A stretch of 64,000 nt of DNA from Myxococcales bacterium (GTDB lineage Bacteria; Myxococcota_A; Polyangia; Polyangiales; DASUME01): assembly GCA_047601445.1 (NCBI GenBank), contig JASGJH010000001.1, forward strand, positions 7,776,001 to 7,840,000, written 5' to 3'. The translations under genes were made by a program, and so were the position numbers. The notes below the pieces were generated by a model. It was not told the origin of the DNA, ran no database searches, and was given only the letters and a program-made list of their open reading frames with translations. Shown piece after piece: positions 20,638 through 30,376 of this stretch (position 1 is the first letter of the stretch; each line of letters starts with the position of its first letter).

Positions 20638-21429
20638 ATGCGCGTCGACAGTCGCAGCGTTGCAGTGACCAGCCTTGCATTGGCCCTTTCGGCCTGTGGC
20701 GCCACCGCGTCCGCCGAGAACGCCATGCGTGCCCAAAAGGAGTACGAGCTGGCGGTGGGCCTGCTGGAGGAGAAGAACACCCCGGCGGCCTTCGAGCATC
20801 TGTTCAAGGCCATCGAGTTGGACGCCAAGAACCCTGAGCCGCACCAGCTCCTGGGCAGCCTATACCTGTTCCGGGGCGACTTGGCTCAGGCCGAGAAAGA
20901 GCTGCTCACCGCCAAGGAACTGGCGGTAAAGAACGAGAAATACGGGCCGCCCTTCGTGGCCGACGTCGAGAACACCCTGGGCGTCGTGTACTTGCACCAG
21001 CAGCGCTACGACGAAGCCATCCAGGTCCTTCGTGAGGCCGCTACCAACATCGTCAACCGCACGCCTTTCCTGGCGTGGGGAAACCTCGGTTGGGCTTACT
21101 ATGAGAAGGGCCAGTACACGGACGCGGTCTCGGCGCTCACCCAGTCGGTGCGCCAGCAGAGCCGCTTCTGCGTGGGCTACTACCGTCTCGGGAAGACCTA
21201 CCTGGCCTTGCGGGAGTTCGCGCGGGCCGAAGAAGCATTGACACACGCCTTGGAAGTCCCTGATGAGGAATGCAAGAATCTTCAGGACGCTTGGCACTTA
21301 CGCGGGGAAGCCAGGGCACAGCTCGGGCTCCGCCAGGACGCAATCGCGGATTTCGAGCGATGCGTGGAGCTGTCTGCAGACAGCGAGGCGGGGCGCGCAT
21401 GCCAGGGCTACCTCGAGGCGACGCACTAA
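20638..21429 (+). CDS. TPR lipoprotein, Tgl/PilF(PilW)-like type IV pilus secretin pilotin
   Basis: Lipobox LSAC; tandem TPRs (NTLGVVYL, AWGNLGWAY, RFCVGYYRLG); Cys positions reminiscent of myxobacterial Tgl. Confidence 0.72.
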   Translation: MRVDSRSVAVTSLALALSACGATASAENAMRAQKEYELAVGLLEEKNTPAAFEHLFKAIELDAKNPEPHQLLGSLYLFRGDLAQAEKELLTAKELAVKNEKYGPPFVADVENTLGVVYLHQQRYDEAIQVLREAATNIVNRTPFLAWGNLGWAYYEKGQYTDAVSALTQSVRQQSRFCVGYYRLGKTYLALREFARAEEALTHALEVPDEECKNLQDAWHLRGEARAQLGLRQDAIADFERCVELSADSEAGRACQGYLEATH

Positions 21430-21441
21430 GGAGTGAGGGGA

Positions 21442-21879
21442 ATGGATTCGATTGGGGCTTACCTGCGCCGAGAACGCGAGCTGCGCCATGTGTCGCTCGA
21501 GGAGCTCGTGCAGATCACACGCGTTCCCCTGAAGATGTTGCAGCGCATCGAAGACGACCGCTTCGATGAGCTCCCGGGAGAGGTTTTTGCCCGCGGTTTC
21601 CTGCGTTCTTACGCACGCGCGCTGAACCTCGATTGCGAAGACGTGCTCGCGCGATTCGGTGAAGGACGCAAAGTGGAAGAGCCGGTGCCCGCCCCCCTCC
21701 TGGCATCCGTGCAGACTCCCGAACGTGGTCGTCGTTTCGGCATCGCAATCGCCCTCGTCATCCTCGGCATCCTGTTTACGCTCGCGCTCTCGATCGTCTT
21801 CAACGCGCGCCAGCGAAATACGCCCCTCGAGTTGTCCTCGCGCGAGGCCCGCAACGTGCCCGCGCGCGTGTTCAGCTGA
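21442..21879 (+). CDS. RodZ-like HTH_25 protein with one TM helix (truncated periplasmic part)
   Basis: IGAYLRRERE...SLEEL...IEDDRFDELPGEVFARGFLRSYARALNL; TM at GIAIALVILGILFTLALSIV. Confidence 0.85.
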   Translation: MDSIGAYLRRERELRHVSLEELVQITRVPLKMLQRIEDDRFDELPGEVFARGFLRSYARALNLDCEDVLARFGEGRKVEEPVPAPLLASVQTPERGRRFGIAIALVILGILFTLALSIVFNARQRNTPLELSSREARNVPARVFS

Positions 21880-21897
21880 GACGGACGCGGCCCTCGC

Positions 21898-22656
21898 ATG
21901 ACCGGGGCGCGCACGAGTAGCAGCGGCGGCCAAGCCTGCGAAGCCCTGCTCATGCGTGCCGTGGACTACCGGGACAGCGACCGCGTCGTCACCTTGTTCA
22001 CCCAGGAGCTCGGCAAGCTCAGCGCCCTGGCGCGCGGGGCACGCAGCTCCAAGCGCCGCTTCGCGGGTGCGCTCGAGCCCTACGCTGTGATCCGCGTGGA
22101 GCTCACGCCGAGCCGCGGCGAGCTGTGGAACCTCGGCGCGGCCAGCATCTCGCGTAGCTTCCCGGGCATCCTGCAGGACCTCGCGCGCATGGAGGTGGCG
22201 GCCGCCGCGCTACTGCTGGTGCGTGAGACCCAGCCTCCTCGGGAGCCCGACCCGGCCTTGTTCTTGGCCCTCGTGCAATATCTCACGCTCGTGGACGTGG
22301 CAGGCGACGCCACCCGGGTAGGTCTGCTCGCCTTTGCGCTGCGGGCGCTAGCTCGCTTGGGTCTCGCGCCCCGCCTGGATGCTTGCGGGCGTTCGGGGGA
22401 GCGTGTGCCCGAGGAGCGGCCCGCCTATTTCGATCCGGCGCTCGGATCCGTGGTGGCGCGCAAATTCGGGGGCGGTCCGTTTCTGCTCTCCGCCGTCGTG
22501 AGGCATCGGCTGATGCTGGCGCAGGGGGATGGCTGGCTAGCCATCGCGCGTGAAGAGTGGGAGCCCGAGGAGCTGAGCCTCGCACGGGCCGCGCTCGCGG
22601 CCTTCGTCGCTGCCCACGTTCCAGGAGATGTGGGAGCTCGGCTCTTTCCGCCCTGA
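21898..22656 (+). CDS. recO: DNA repair protein RecO
   Basis: DYRDSDRVVTLFTQELGKLSALARGARSSKRRF and LGLAPRLDAC. Confidence 0.9.
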   Translation: MTGARTSSSGGQACEALLMRAVDYRDSDRVVTLFTQELGKLSALARGARSSKRRFAGALEPYAVIRVELTPSRGELWNLGAASISRSFPGILQDLARMEVAAAALLLVRETQPPREPDPALFLALVQYLTLVDVAGDATRVGLLAFALRALARLGLAPRLDACGRSGERVPEERPAYFDPALGSVVARKFGGGPFLLSAVVRHRLMLAQGDGWLAIAREEWEPEELSLARAALAAFVAAHVPGDVGARLFPP

Positions 22657-22713
22657 GCGCGGGGGCGCGCCGAGACGAGCGTGACAACTGCTCGCGATCG
22701 TTGCCCACGATCT

Positions 22714-22742
22714 TTCAAAGCAATTGGTGGTTACGATACGAT
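22714..22742 (+). promoter_or_regulatory. sigma70-like promoter for the che cluster
   Basis: TTCAAA-N17-TACGAT in an AT-rich gap; GAGGAG RBS before GTG 22770. Confidence 0.45.
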
Positions 22743-22769
22743 TCACGCTGGCCTGAGGAGGCAAGCGCC

Positions 22770-23159
22770 GTGTCCAACCGGGTATTGGTAGTTGAGGATT
22801 CCCCTGCGATGCGGGCGTTCGTTCGCGCGGCCCTCGAAGAAGGCGGCTTCGACGTCACCGAAGCAGGCAATGGCTTCGAGGCGCTGCGTCTCTTGCCGCG
22901 TGAGCGCTACGACCTCGTGGTCACCGACATCAACATGCCGGACATCCACGGGCTCGAGTTGATCGCCTTCATGCGCAAGAGCGACGTGCACCGCACCACG
23001 CCCGTGATCATCGTGAGCACCGAAGGGGCCGCCCGCGACCGCGACCGCGGGCTCGCGCTGGGTGCCAACGCGTACATCACCAAGCCCTTCGATCCGGAGG
23101 CGCTGCGCGCTACCGCTCGCAAGGTGCTGGGCCAGGCTGACAAGCACGGAACTCAGTGA
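22770..23159 (+). CDS. cheY: single-domain response regulator (CheY-like)
   Basis: LVVEDS, TDINMPDIHG, VSTE and YITKPF motifs; start trimmed to the GTG after the RBS. Confidence 0.88.
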   Translation: MSNRVLVVEDSPAMRAFVRAALEEGGFDVTEAGNGFEALRLLPRERYDLVVTDINMPDIHGLELIAFMRKSDVHRTTPVIIVSTEGAARDRDRGLALGANAYITKPFDPEALRATARKVLGQADKHGTQ

Positions 23160-23168
23160 GGGGGCGGC

Positions 23169-25274
23169 TTGGCTGGTTCCGGCGATAACGAAAGCGTTCG
23201 CGAGGAGTTCCTGTCCGAGGCCCAGGAGATCGTCGAGACCCTCTCGCGCGATCTACTCCTGCTCGAGCAGGGCCAGAAGGACGGCAAGACCGATCCCGAT
23301 CTGCTGAACGACATCTTCCGTGCGGTGCACACGCTCAAGGGCCTGGCCGGCATGTTCGGCATGCTGTCCCTGTCGAACCTGTCGCACACGCTCGAGAACC
23401 TGCTGGACGACCTGCGCCTCGGGCGGGTCGAGATCTCGCACGACACGCTGGACGTGCTGTTCGACGGCGTGGAGCGCATCCAGCGCATCCTGTCCAACGA
23501 CGAGAACGAGGCGGAGGCCGTGGCGGCCTTTAGCGTGCAGCCAGCGAAGGTGTCCGAGAAGCCCGCGGAAGAGCACGACGTGCTGAAGGAGTTCGAGCTC
23601 AACGACAGCGTGCTGTCGGTGCTCACGGAATACGAAGAGCACCGCCTGCGGCAGAACATTGCGCAGGGCTTCCTGCTCTATCGACTACGCGTGAGCTTCG
23701 CCCTATCGTCCATCGACACCGCGCTCGAGGACCTCAAGGCGCGCGCGCGACCGCTCGGTGAGATCATCACGTACCTGCCCAGCCTGGGCGGGGGCACCGA
23801 CGACATGATCGAGCTCGAGGTGCTGCTTGCGAGCCGCGCCGACGCCGAGCACCTGCGCGAGGCGCTGTGCAATGACGACGCGGCGCTCGAAGTAGTGCCG
23901 CGTCGGGCACCCGAGAAGCGGGCCACGCTGATTCCGAGCCAGCCTGAGCAGCCGCCGGAGCCTCCCCGCGTGATCGATGCTGGCGGCACGCCTTCGGTGG
24001 CGCCCACGGCGCTCGACCGCTCGGGTGCGGACGCGCTCTCGCTGCGCTCGGTGGCCAACACGGTGCGCGTGAACATTCAAAAGCTCGACCACTTGATGAA
24101 CGTGGTGGGCGAGCTGGCGATCGTGCGCGGCGCGGTGGCTCAAATCACGGAGAAACTGCGGGAAAATCCCGAGCTCCGCTACATGTCCGCGGAGCTGCAC
24201 CGCATCTCGCGCAGCTTCGAGCGCAATCTCACCGAGCTCCAGGACGGCATCCTGGACGTGCGCATGGTCCCGCTGGGGCAGGTGTTCGACAAGCTCGCGC
24301 GCGTGGTGCGACAGACAGCGCGTGACGCCAAGAAAGAGATCCGTCTCGAGGTGAAGGGTGCGGAGACCGAGGTCGACAAGCTGATCGTCGAGGAGCTCAG
24401 CGATCCGCTGATGCACCTGATCCGCAACGCCATCGATCACGGCGTGGAGCAGAAGGAACGCCGCAAGAAGCTCAACAAGCCTTCCGCGGGCCTGCTCTCG
24501 CTGGTGGCCTATCAGAAGGGTAACCACGTCCTCATCGAGGTGCGCGACGACGGCGCCGGCATGGACCCGAAGAAGCTCCTGGCGAAGGCTGTCGAGCGCG
24601 GGATCTTGAGCGCCGACGACGCCAAGGAGGCCTCGCGCGAGGACGCCTTCAACTTGATCTTCATGCCTGGCTTCAGCACGCGCGAGGAGGTCACGGACCT
24701 CTCCGGGCGCGGCGTCGGCATGGACGTGGTGAAGACCAACATCTCCAAGCTAGGCGGTGTCGTCGACCTGGAGAGCGAGGTCGACAAGGGGACGACGTTC
24801 ACCATCACGCTCCCCATCACGCTGGCCATCATCAGCGCTCTGGTGGTGCGCGTGTGCGGGCAGGCCTATGCCATCCCGCTCTCCAACGTCCACGAGGCAT
24901 TGATGCTCGACCCCAAGGCCATCCGCACGGTGGAGGGCCGCGAGGTAATGACCCTGCGCGGCGGCACCTTGCCGCTGTGTCGACTCCAGGAGCTGTTCCG
25001 GCTCGAAGAGCCCGCGGGCAGCGCGCGCTCGCGCAAGTTCGTGGTGGTGAGTCAGCTGGGCAATCGGCGCCTGGGCATGGTGGTCGACGTGCTGCTCGGG
25101 CAGCAGGACATCGTGATCAAGGCCCTGGGCAAGAGCCTCGCTTCCGTGCGCGGCTTCGCCGGTGCCACCGACCTCGGTGACCAGACCGTGACCCTGGTGC
25201 TCGATACGCCGCAGATCCTCGAGGAGATGCTGGCGTCCTCCGATCGCACGCGTTCACTGGAGGCGAGCCCGTGA
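23169..25274 (+). CDS. cheA: chemosensory histidine kinase CheA
   Basis: P1 IFRAVHTLKG; P2-like domain; HLIRNAIDHG, DDGAG, FMPGFST and GRGVGMDVV boxes; C-terminal P5; no fused REC. Confidence 0.96.
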   Translation: MAGSGDNESVREEFLSEAQEIVETLSRDLLLLEQGQKDGKTDPDLLNDIFRAVHTLKGLAGMFGMLSLSNLSHTLENLLDDLRLGRVEISHDTLDVLFDGVERIQRILSNDENEAEAVAAFSVQPAKVSEKPAEEHDVLKEFELNDSVLSVLTEYEEHRLRQNIAQGFLLYRLRVSFALSSIDTALEDLKARARPLGEIITYLPSLGGGTDDMIELEVLLASRADAEHLREALCNDDAALEVVPRRAPEKRATLIPSQPEQPPEPPRVIDAGGTPSVAPTALDRSGADALSLRSVANTVRVNIQKLDHLMNVVGELAIVRGAVAQITEKLRENPELRYMSAELHRISRSFERNLTELQDGILDVRMVPLGQVFDKLARVVRQTARDAKKEIRLEVKGAETEVDKLIVEELSDPLMHLIRNAIDHGVEQKERRKKLNKPSAGLLSLVAYQKGNHVLIEVRDDGAGMDPKKLLAKAVERGILSADDAKEASREDAFNLIFMPGFSTREEVTDLSGRGVGMDVVKTNISKLGGVVDLESEVDKGTTFTITLPITLAIISALVVRVCGQAYAIPLSNVHEALMLDPKAIRTVEGREVMTLRGGTLPLCRLQELFRLEEPAGSARSRKFVVVSQLGNRRLGMVVDVLLGQQDIVIKALGKSLASVRGFAGATDLGDQTVTLVLDTPQILEEMLASSDRTRSLEASP

Positions 25275-25819
25275 GCAATCCGACGCACTCGATCGTCCCG
25301 GGCTTCGTGCCCACGGCGCCGCGCGCCGAAGAGCACCGCCCGCGCTCGGACGACACCGCCTATGAGTTCTTGGCGTTTCGGCTGGCGAGCGAGACCTACG
25401 CCGTGCCGCTTTCGGGGGTGCAGGAGATCCTCAAGCCCCCTCGCATCACGCCCATGCCGCGCGCGGCCTACGAGATTCTCGGCATCGTTTCGGTGCGCGG
25501 TCGGGTCACCACGGTGATCGATCTGCGCCGGCGCCTGCGCGTGACGGAGGCTCCGGTGGACAAGCACACCCGCGTGCTCCTGGTGGACGCCGGCGAGGAA
25601 GTGCTCGGACTTTTGGTCGATTCGGTGCTCCAGGTCTATCGGCTCTACGAAGACGAGGTGGAGCTCGCCTCGACGCTGGGCGGCGACTTGAACGAGTACG
25701 TGATGGGCATCGGTCGCCCGCGCGCGGTCCGCACGCTCGGACGTTCCACGTCGCAGGATCGCGACGACCCCAACGACATCCTCATCCTTTTGGCCATCGA
25801 GCCCCTGCTCAAACGATGA
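25271..25819 (+). CDS. cheW: CheW adaptor
   Basis: FLAFRLASETYAVPL..VQEI, GIVSVRGRV and GLLVDSV. Confidence 0.9.
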   Translation: MSNPTHSIVPGFVPTAPRAEEHRPRSDDTAYEFLAFRLASETYAVPLSGVQEILKPPRITPMPRAAYEILGIVSVRGRVTTVIDLRRRLRVTEAPVDKHTRVLLVDAGEEVLGLLVDSVLQVYRLYEDEVELASTLGGDLNEYVMGIGRPRAVRTLGRSTSQDRDDPNDILILLAIEPLLKR

Positions 25820-26328
25820 AACGTCGCACTGCAGCCAGCCGTCAACGCAGCGATCATGCCAAGAACCTGGTGAGCTTCTTGGTGGGCGACGTGCGTTACG
25901 CCATCGAGATCGCGCGCGTGCGGGAGATCGTGAACCCGCTTCCGACCGTGAGCTTGCCGCACGCGCCCGCAGAGGTGGTGGGCGTGGCCGATCATCGCGG
26001 CGACGTGCTGCCCGTGGTGGACCTGCGCGTGCGCTTCGGCGTCAACACCGACCTCACGCGGCGGACCAAGTGGATCATCGTGCGGGTCCAGGAGCGTATC
26101 AGCGCGGTGGCCCTCGTCGTCGATGCCGTGACCGAGGTGTTCGGCGCGGGCGCCGAGGATCAGCGCAGCGTGCCGGAGATCGGCAGCGGCTCCGGGCGGC
26201 GCGGAATCTCGAGCGTCTATGCCTACCAGGGCGGATTGGTGTTCGTGGTGGACACCTCCATCATCAGCTCGGCCGCGAGCCAGATCGATCCCAAGACGCT
26301 GCCGCCATTGCTCGGGGGTGGAACATGA
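25816..26328 (+). CDS. cheW: second CheW adaptor
   Basis: LVSFLVGDVRYAIEI..VREI, GVADHRGDVLPVVDLR and ALVVDAV. Confidence 0.9.
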   Translation: MKRRTAASRQRSDHAKNLVSFLVGDVRYAIEIARVREIVNPLPTVSLPHAPAEVVGVADHRGDVLPVVDLRVRFGVNTDLTRRTKWIIVRVQERISAVALVVDAVTEVFGAGAEDQRSVPEIGSGSGRRGISSVYAYQGGLVFVVDTSIISSAASQIDPKTLPPLLGGGT

Positions 26329-28376
26329 GCGCCGAGAAATTGTGGCAAGGGCTCGCGGATGTCGATCCCGAGGTGCGCCGTCGCGCGGTGTTGCTCAGCG
26401 CGGAGATGCAGGATCCCGAGCTCGGCGAGCCCCTGATGAAGGCGCTCGGCGACTCTGACTGGCGTGTGCGCAAGGAGGCCGTGCAGGTCTCTATCGCGCG
26501 TGCTCAGCAGTTCGACATGATCGAGGCGTTGGTGCGCGCGATCTGCCAGGGCGAGAACGTGGGCCTGCGCAATGCGGCGCTCGACGTGCTCGAGACGCTC
26601 GGGCAGGTCGCGGCGCCCGCGTTGATCGCGGCGCTACCCAACGTACCCGAGCACGCGCGCAAGTTCGTCGTCGAGGCGCTGGGAGAGTCGGGCGGTATCG
26701 AGGTGGTGGAAGAGCTCGCCAAGGCAGCGGTCTCGGAGGACGTGAACGTCGCTGGTGAGGCCATCGAAGCCTTGGCTCACATCCAGGGGCCTGCGGCGGA
26801 GCGCGTACTGCGGCAACGCTTGACCGCGAGCGACGCGTTTCTGCGCATGGCCGCCCTCGACGCGCTGAATCGGCGCGACGTGTCGATTCCGTGGCCGGAG
26901 CTCGAGCCGCTGCTGAAGGAGCGCCTCCTGCGACGCGTGGTGCTGTCCGCGCTCGGTCGCACGGGCAGCGTGGACGCGCTGGAGCCCCTGTTCGCAGCGC
27001 TCGAGGAGTCCACGTTGCACATCGTGGCATCCGCGGCCTTGGCTCTGGCGCGACTGATCGCGCACGGGGCCGAGATCGAAGAGGCCGCGCGTCCGCGCCT
27101 GCTCCAGCTCTCCGAGCGCGCTCGGGCGTGGCTGCGCGGCGTGCTCGCATCGGGCACCGACACCGAGGCACGTCGCGCGGCGACTGAGCTGCTCGTGCGC
27201 TCCCAGGACGTCGACGGGCTGGCCGCGGTGGTGGCGTATTTGGCCCACGAGGCTCCTTCGGCGCAGATCGTGGAGGCGCTGCGCAGCTGGGGTGCACAGT
27301 CGGTGGAGCCGCTCTTGCTCCTGCTGCCGCGCTTCGAGAGCGCCCAGGAGCGCGCCCTGGCGCTGGAGCTGGCCGCCGATCTCGCGATCGCCGACGAGAA
27401 CCCGAACTCGAGCGTGGTGGAGCGCGCGCGGGTGGCGCTGCGTCGTGCGCTGAGCGACCGCGAGTCGGCCGTCTTGCTGGCGGCGCTGCGCTGCTTCCCG
27501 CAGTGGGCCCAGGCGGAGGACGCGGCACCCTTGGTTGGGCACGCCCAGTCGCAGGACGGAAACGTCGCTCGGGCAGCGGCGCGGGCGCTCGAGGCCCTGG
27601 CCGAGCGTGCCCCCGAGGCGGTCGAGCGCGCGCTGTCCGGGGTGGATCTCGACGGCCCTCAGGGCGCCGTGCTGTCGCCGGTGGTCGCGACCCTGGGCGG
27701 CTCGCGTGCGCTCGACCTGCTGCAGGTACTCAACGCGGTCGATGATCGCGAAGTTCGTCGCGCTGCGCTGCTCGGCCTGGGACGTGTCGGCGGCGAGCGC
27801 GCGGCAGGACTGGTCGCGCTGGCGCTGGCCGACGAGGACGTCGACGTGCAGATCGTGGCGGCCCAGGTGCTCGGTCGCATTCGGGACGAGCAGGGTGGAT
27901 CGCCGGGAGTCTTCGGCCTGGTGAATGCCATCTCGTCCGAGTTCCCCCATGTGCGGACGGCGGTGGCGCGTGCGCTCGGGCAGACCAATTCGCCGCGCGC
28001 CGCCGCACCGTTGATGGAACTATTGCGCGACGCCGATGCCGGCGTGGCGATGACCGCGGTGGAGGCGCTCGGTCAGCTCAACCCCAGCGAGCTTGCGCAC
28101 AGCCTGCAGGATGCGCTGACCCACGCCGATAGCGAAGTGGTGAAGGCGGCCCTGCGTGCGCTCTCGAGCTGTCTCGATCCGGCGGCACCCGAGCAATTGA
28201 TCGCAGCCTTGCGCCATCCGGCCTGGGACGTGCGCAAACTCTCTGGTGAGCTGCTCGAGCAACTCGCGGTGGCCCATGCTCGGGAGCCACTGCAGCAAGC
28301 CCTCGAGCACGAGACCGACGACCTGGCCCGCGAGGCGCTGTCCCGGGCTCTCACCTCTCTCGAAGGACCTCGTTGA
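26325..28376 (+). CDS. HEAT/PBS-lyase repeat protein
   Basis: Many LxDxDxxVRxxA repeats; ATGA overlap with cheW. Confidence 0.9.
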   Translation: MSAEKLWQGLADVDPEVRRRAVLLSAEMQDPELGEPLMKALGDSDWRVRKEAVQVSIARAQQFDMIEALVRAICQGENVGLRNAALDVLETLGQVAAPALIAALPNVPEHARKFVVEALGESGGIEVVEELAKAAVSEDVNVAGEAIEALAHIQGPAAERVLRQRLTASDAFLRMAALDALNRRDVSIPWPELEPLLKERLLRRVVLSALGRTGSVDALEPLFAALEESTLHIVASAALALARLIAHGAEIEEAARPRLLQLSERARAWLRGVLASGTDTEARRAATELLVRSQDVDGLAAVVAYLAHEAPSAQIVEALRSWGAQSVEPLLLLLPRFESAQERALALELAADLAIADENPNSSVVERARVALRRALSDRESAVLLAALRCFPQWAQAEDAAPLVGHAQSQDGNVARAAARALEALAERAPEAVERALSGVDLDGPQGAVLSPVVATLGGSRALDLLQVLNAVDDREVRRAALLGLGRVGGERAAGLVALALADEDVDVQIVAAQVLGRIRDEQGGSPGVFGLVNAISSEFPHVRTAVARALGQTNSPRAAAPLMELLRDADAGVAMTAVEALGQLNPSELAHSLQDALTHADSEVVKAALRALSSCLDPAAPEQLIAALRHPAWDVRKLSGELLEQLAVAHAREPLQQALEHETDDLAREALSRALTSLEGPR

Positions 28377-29258
28377 ATGCCGCTGCTTTTCGACAGCGGC
28401 CCACGCATCAAACCGGAGGAGTTCCGGTTGATCCGCGATCTGGTCAACGACTTCTGCGGCATCCGTTTCCCGGATGACATGCAGTTCGTGCTGGAGCGCA
28501 AGCTCAAGGAGCGGCTCGCCATCCTCGAAATTGCCGATTTTGCCGAGTATTATCACTACCTGCGCTACCACCCGGACGCGCGCACCGAGATCGAGCGCGC
28601 CATCGACGCGCTGACCACCAACGAGACCTACCTCTTCCGCGAGGAATATCAGTTGCGTGCGTTTCAGCACGAAGTGTTGCCGCTCTTGCACGAGCGTGGC
28701 GTGCGCCAGAAGCGCCTCTCGATTTGGAGCGCGGGCTGCTCCACCGGTGAAGAGGTCTACACCTTGGCCATCCTGATCCGCGAGTCCCGCATGTTCGAGG
28801 GCTGGGACGTGCGCGTGATCGGGAACGATATTTCGCGCCGCGTGTTACAGGTGGCCAGGCGTGCCACTTACGGCAACTCGAGCTTCCGCAGCATGCCCAG
28901 CAGCTACCAGGAGTATTTCTCGGAATCACCCGACGGTCGCACGGTGCGCGCGGACATTCGCGCGATGTGCAACTTTGCGCACCTCAATTTGCTCGATGCC
29001 GCACGCTACAGTGTGATCGGAGCGGTGGACGCCGTGTTCTGCCGGAACGTGCTCATCTACTTCGACACGGCCTCGCGCCGCAAAGTGATCGAAGGTTTTT
29101 ACGAGCGATTGCAGCCAGGGGGTTTCTTGTTTCTGGGTCACAGTGAATCCTTACTGAACGTATCCACTGCATTCGAGTTGGTGCACCTGTCTTCGGATCT
29201 CGTGTACCGCAGGCCGTTGTCCCACGTTCATTCTCCAGCTCGAGGCGGAACTCCATGA
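28377..29258 (+). CDS. cheR: chemotaxis methyltransferase CheR
   Basis: TTNETYLFRE, WSAGCSTGEE, FCRNVLIYF and LFLGHSESL. Confidence 0.95.
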   Translation: MPLLFDSGPRIKPEEFRLIRDLVNDFCGIRFPDDMQFVLERKLKERLAILEIADFAEYYHYLRYHPDARTEIERAIDALTTNETYLFREEYQLRAFQHEVLPLLHERGVRQKRLSIWSAGCSTGEEVYTLAILIRESRMFEGWDVRVIGNDISRRVLQVARRATYGNSSFRSMPSSYQEYFSESPDGRTVRADIRAMCNFAHLNLLDAARYSVIGAVDAVFCRNVLIYFDTASRRKVIEGFYERLQPGGFLFLGHSESLLNVSTAFELVHLSSDLVYRRPLSHVHSPARGGTP

Positions 29259-30334
29259 ACGACAAGCTGCGTGTGATGGTGGTCGATGACTCTGCCTTCA
29301 ACCGCCGCACCATCGGTGACCTGCTCGCCAACATGGACGGCGTGGAGGTGGTGGGGAAGGCCGCCGACGGCGACGAAGCACTGCGTCTGGCAGCGTCGTT
29401 GGCCCCCGATTTGATCACCCTGGATCTCGAGATGCCTCGCATGGACGGCTTCACGTTCTTGCGACTATTGATGGCTCGCCAGCCCACCCCCGTGATCGTG
29501 GTGAGCGGCAACTCGGCGCGTGAGAACGTGTTCCGCGCGCTCGAGCTGGGAGCGCTCGACTTCATCGCCAAGCCCACGCGGACCATCGCGACTGATTTGA
29601 CTGCCATTCAGCAGGAGCTGGCCCAGAAGGTCGCCATGGTGCGCATGCTGACACCTGCCGGGCGCGACCCGCGCAAGCGGGCCCTGCGCGGGGGCATGTT
29701 CTCCACGGCCACGGACCGCCACGCCGCGCTGCCGGGCATGCCCAGCAGCGAACGCGAGCTGCCGCTCGGCAAGCTACTGGTGATCGGCGCGTCTACCGGC
29801 GGACCGAGTGCCCTGGTGGAGATGTTCGCGCAGTTCAAGGCACACACCAACGCGGCCATCGTGGTGGCTCAGCACATGCCGGAACGGTTCACCAAAACCT
29901 TCGCCGAGCGGCTTCACAAGCTGGGCGGGGTCAAGGTCGCGGAAGCCCGGGAATTCGAGCCTCTGGCGCCGGGGCGCGCCTTCCTGTGCCCGGGCGGCAA
30001 ATGCATCGAGGTCGTGACCTATGGCGGCGGATTCGCCGTGAGTGTGGTGGATCCTGCGCCCGGAGACCGCTTCATCCCCTCCGTGGACCGGCTTTTCCGC
30101 AGTGCAGCCGAGGTTGCGGGGGAGCGTGTGGTGGGAGTGGTGCTGACTGGAATGGGTGATGACGGAGCGCGGGGCGTAGTCGCGATCAAGGCACGCGGGG
30201 GCATGGTGCTCGCCGAGGCTCCTGAAACTGCCGTCATCTACGGGATGCCGGGGGCTGCGATGCGGACCGGCGAGGTCGACAAGAGCTTGCCGCTGACCGC
30301 TCTGGCTACGCATGTGGCGGAACTGATTGTGTAA
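29255..30334 (+). CDS. cheB: chemotaxis methylesterase CheB (REC plus esterase)
   Basis: VVDDS/LDLEMP receiver; GASTGG, QHMP and LTGMGDDG catalytic motifs intact. Confidence 0.95.
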   Translation: MNDKLRVMVVDDSAFNRRTIGDLLANMDGVEVVGKAADGDEALRLAASLAPDLITLDLEMPRMDGFTFLRLLMARQPTPVIVVSGNSARENVFRALELGALDFIAKPTRTIATDLTAIQQELAQKVAMVRMLTPAGRDPRKRALRGGMFSTATDRHAALPGMPSSERELPLGKLLVIGASTGGPSALVEMFAQFKAHTNAAIVVAQHMPERFTKTFAERLHKLGGVKVAEAREFEPLAPGRAFLCPGGKCIEVVTYGGGFAVSVVDPAPGDRFIPSVDRLFRSAAEVAGERVVGVVLTGMGDDGARGVVAIKARGGMVLAEAPETAVIYGMPGAAMRTGEVDKSLPLTALATHVAELIV

Positions 30335-30376
30335 TCACGCCGGCCCGTGGGAACATCACTGCAAGCCGTGAAAACG

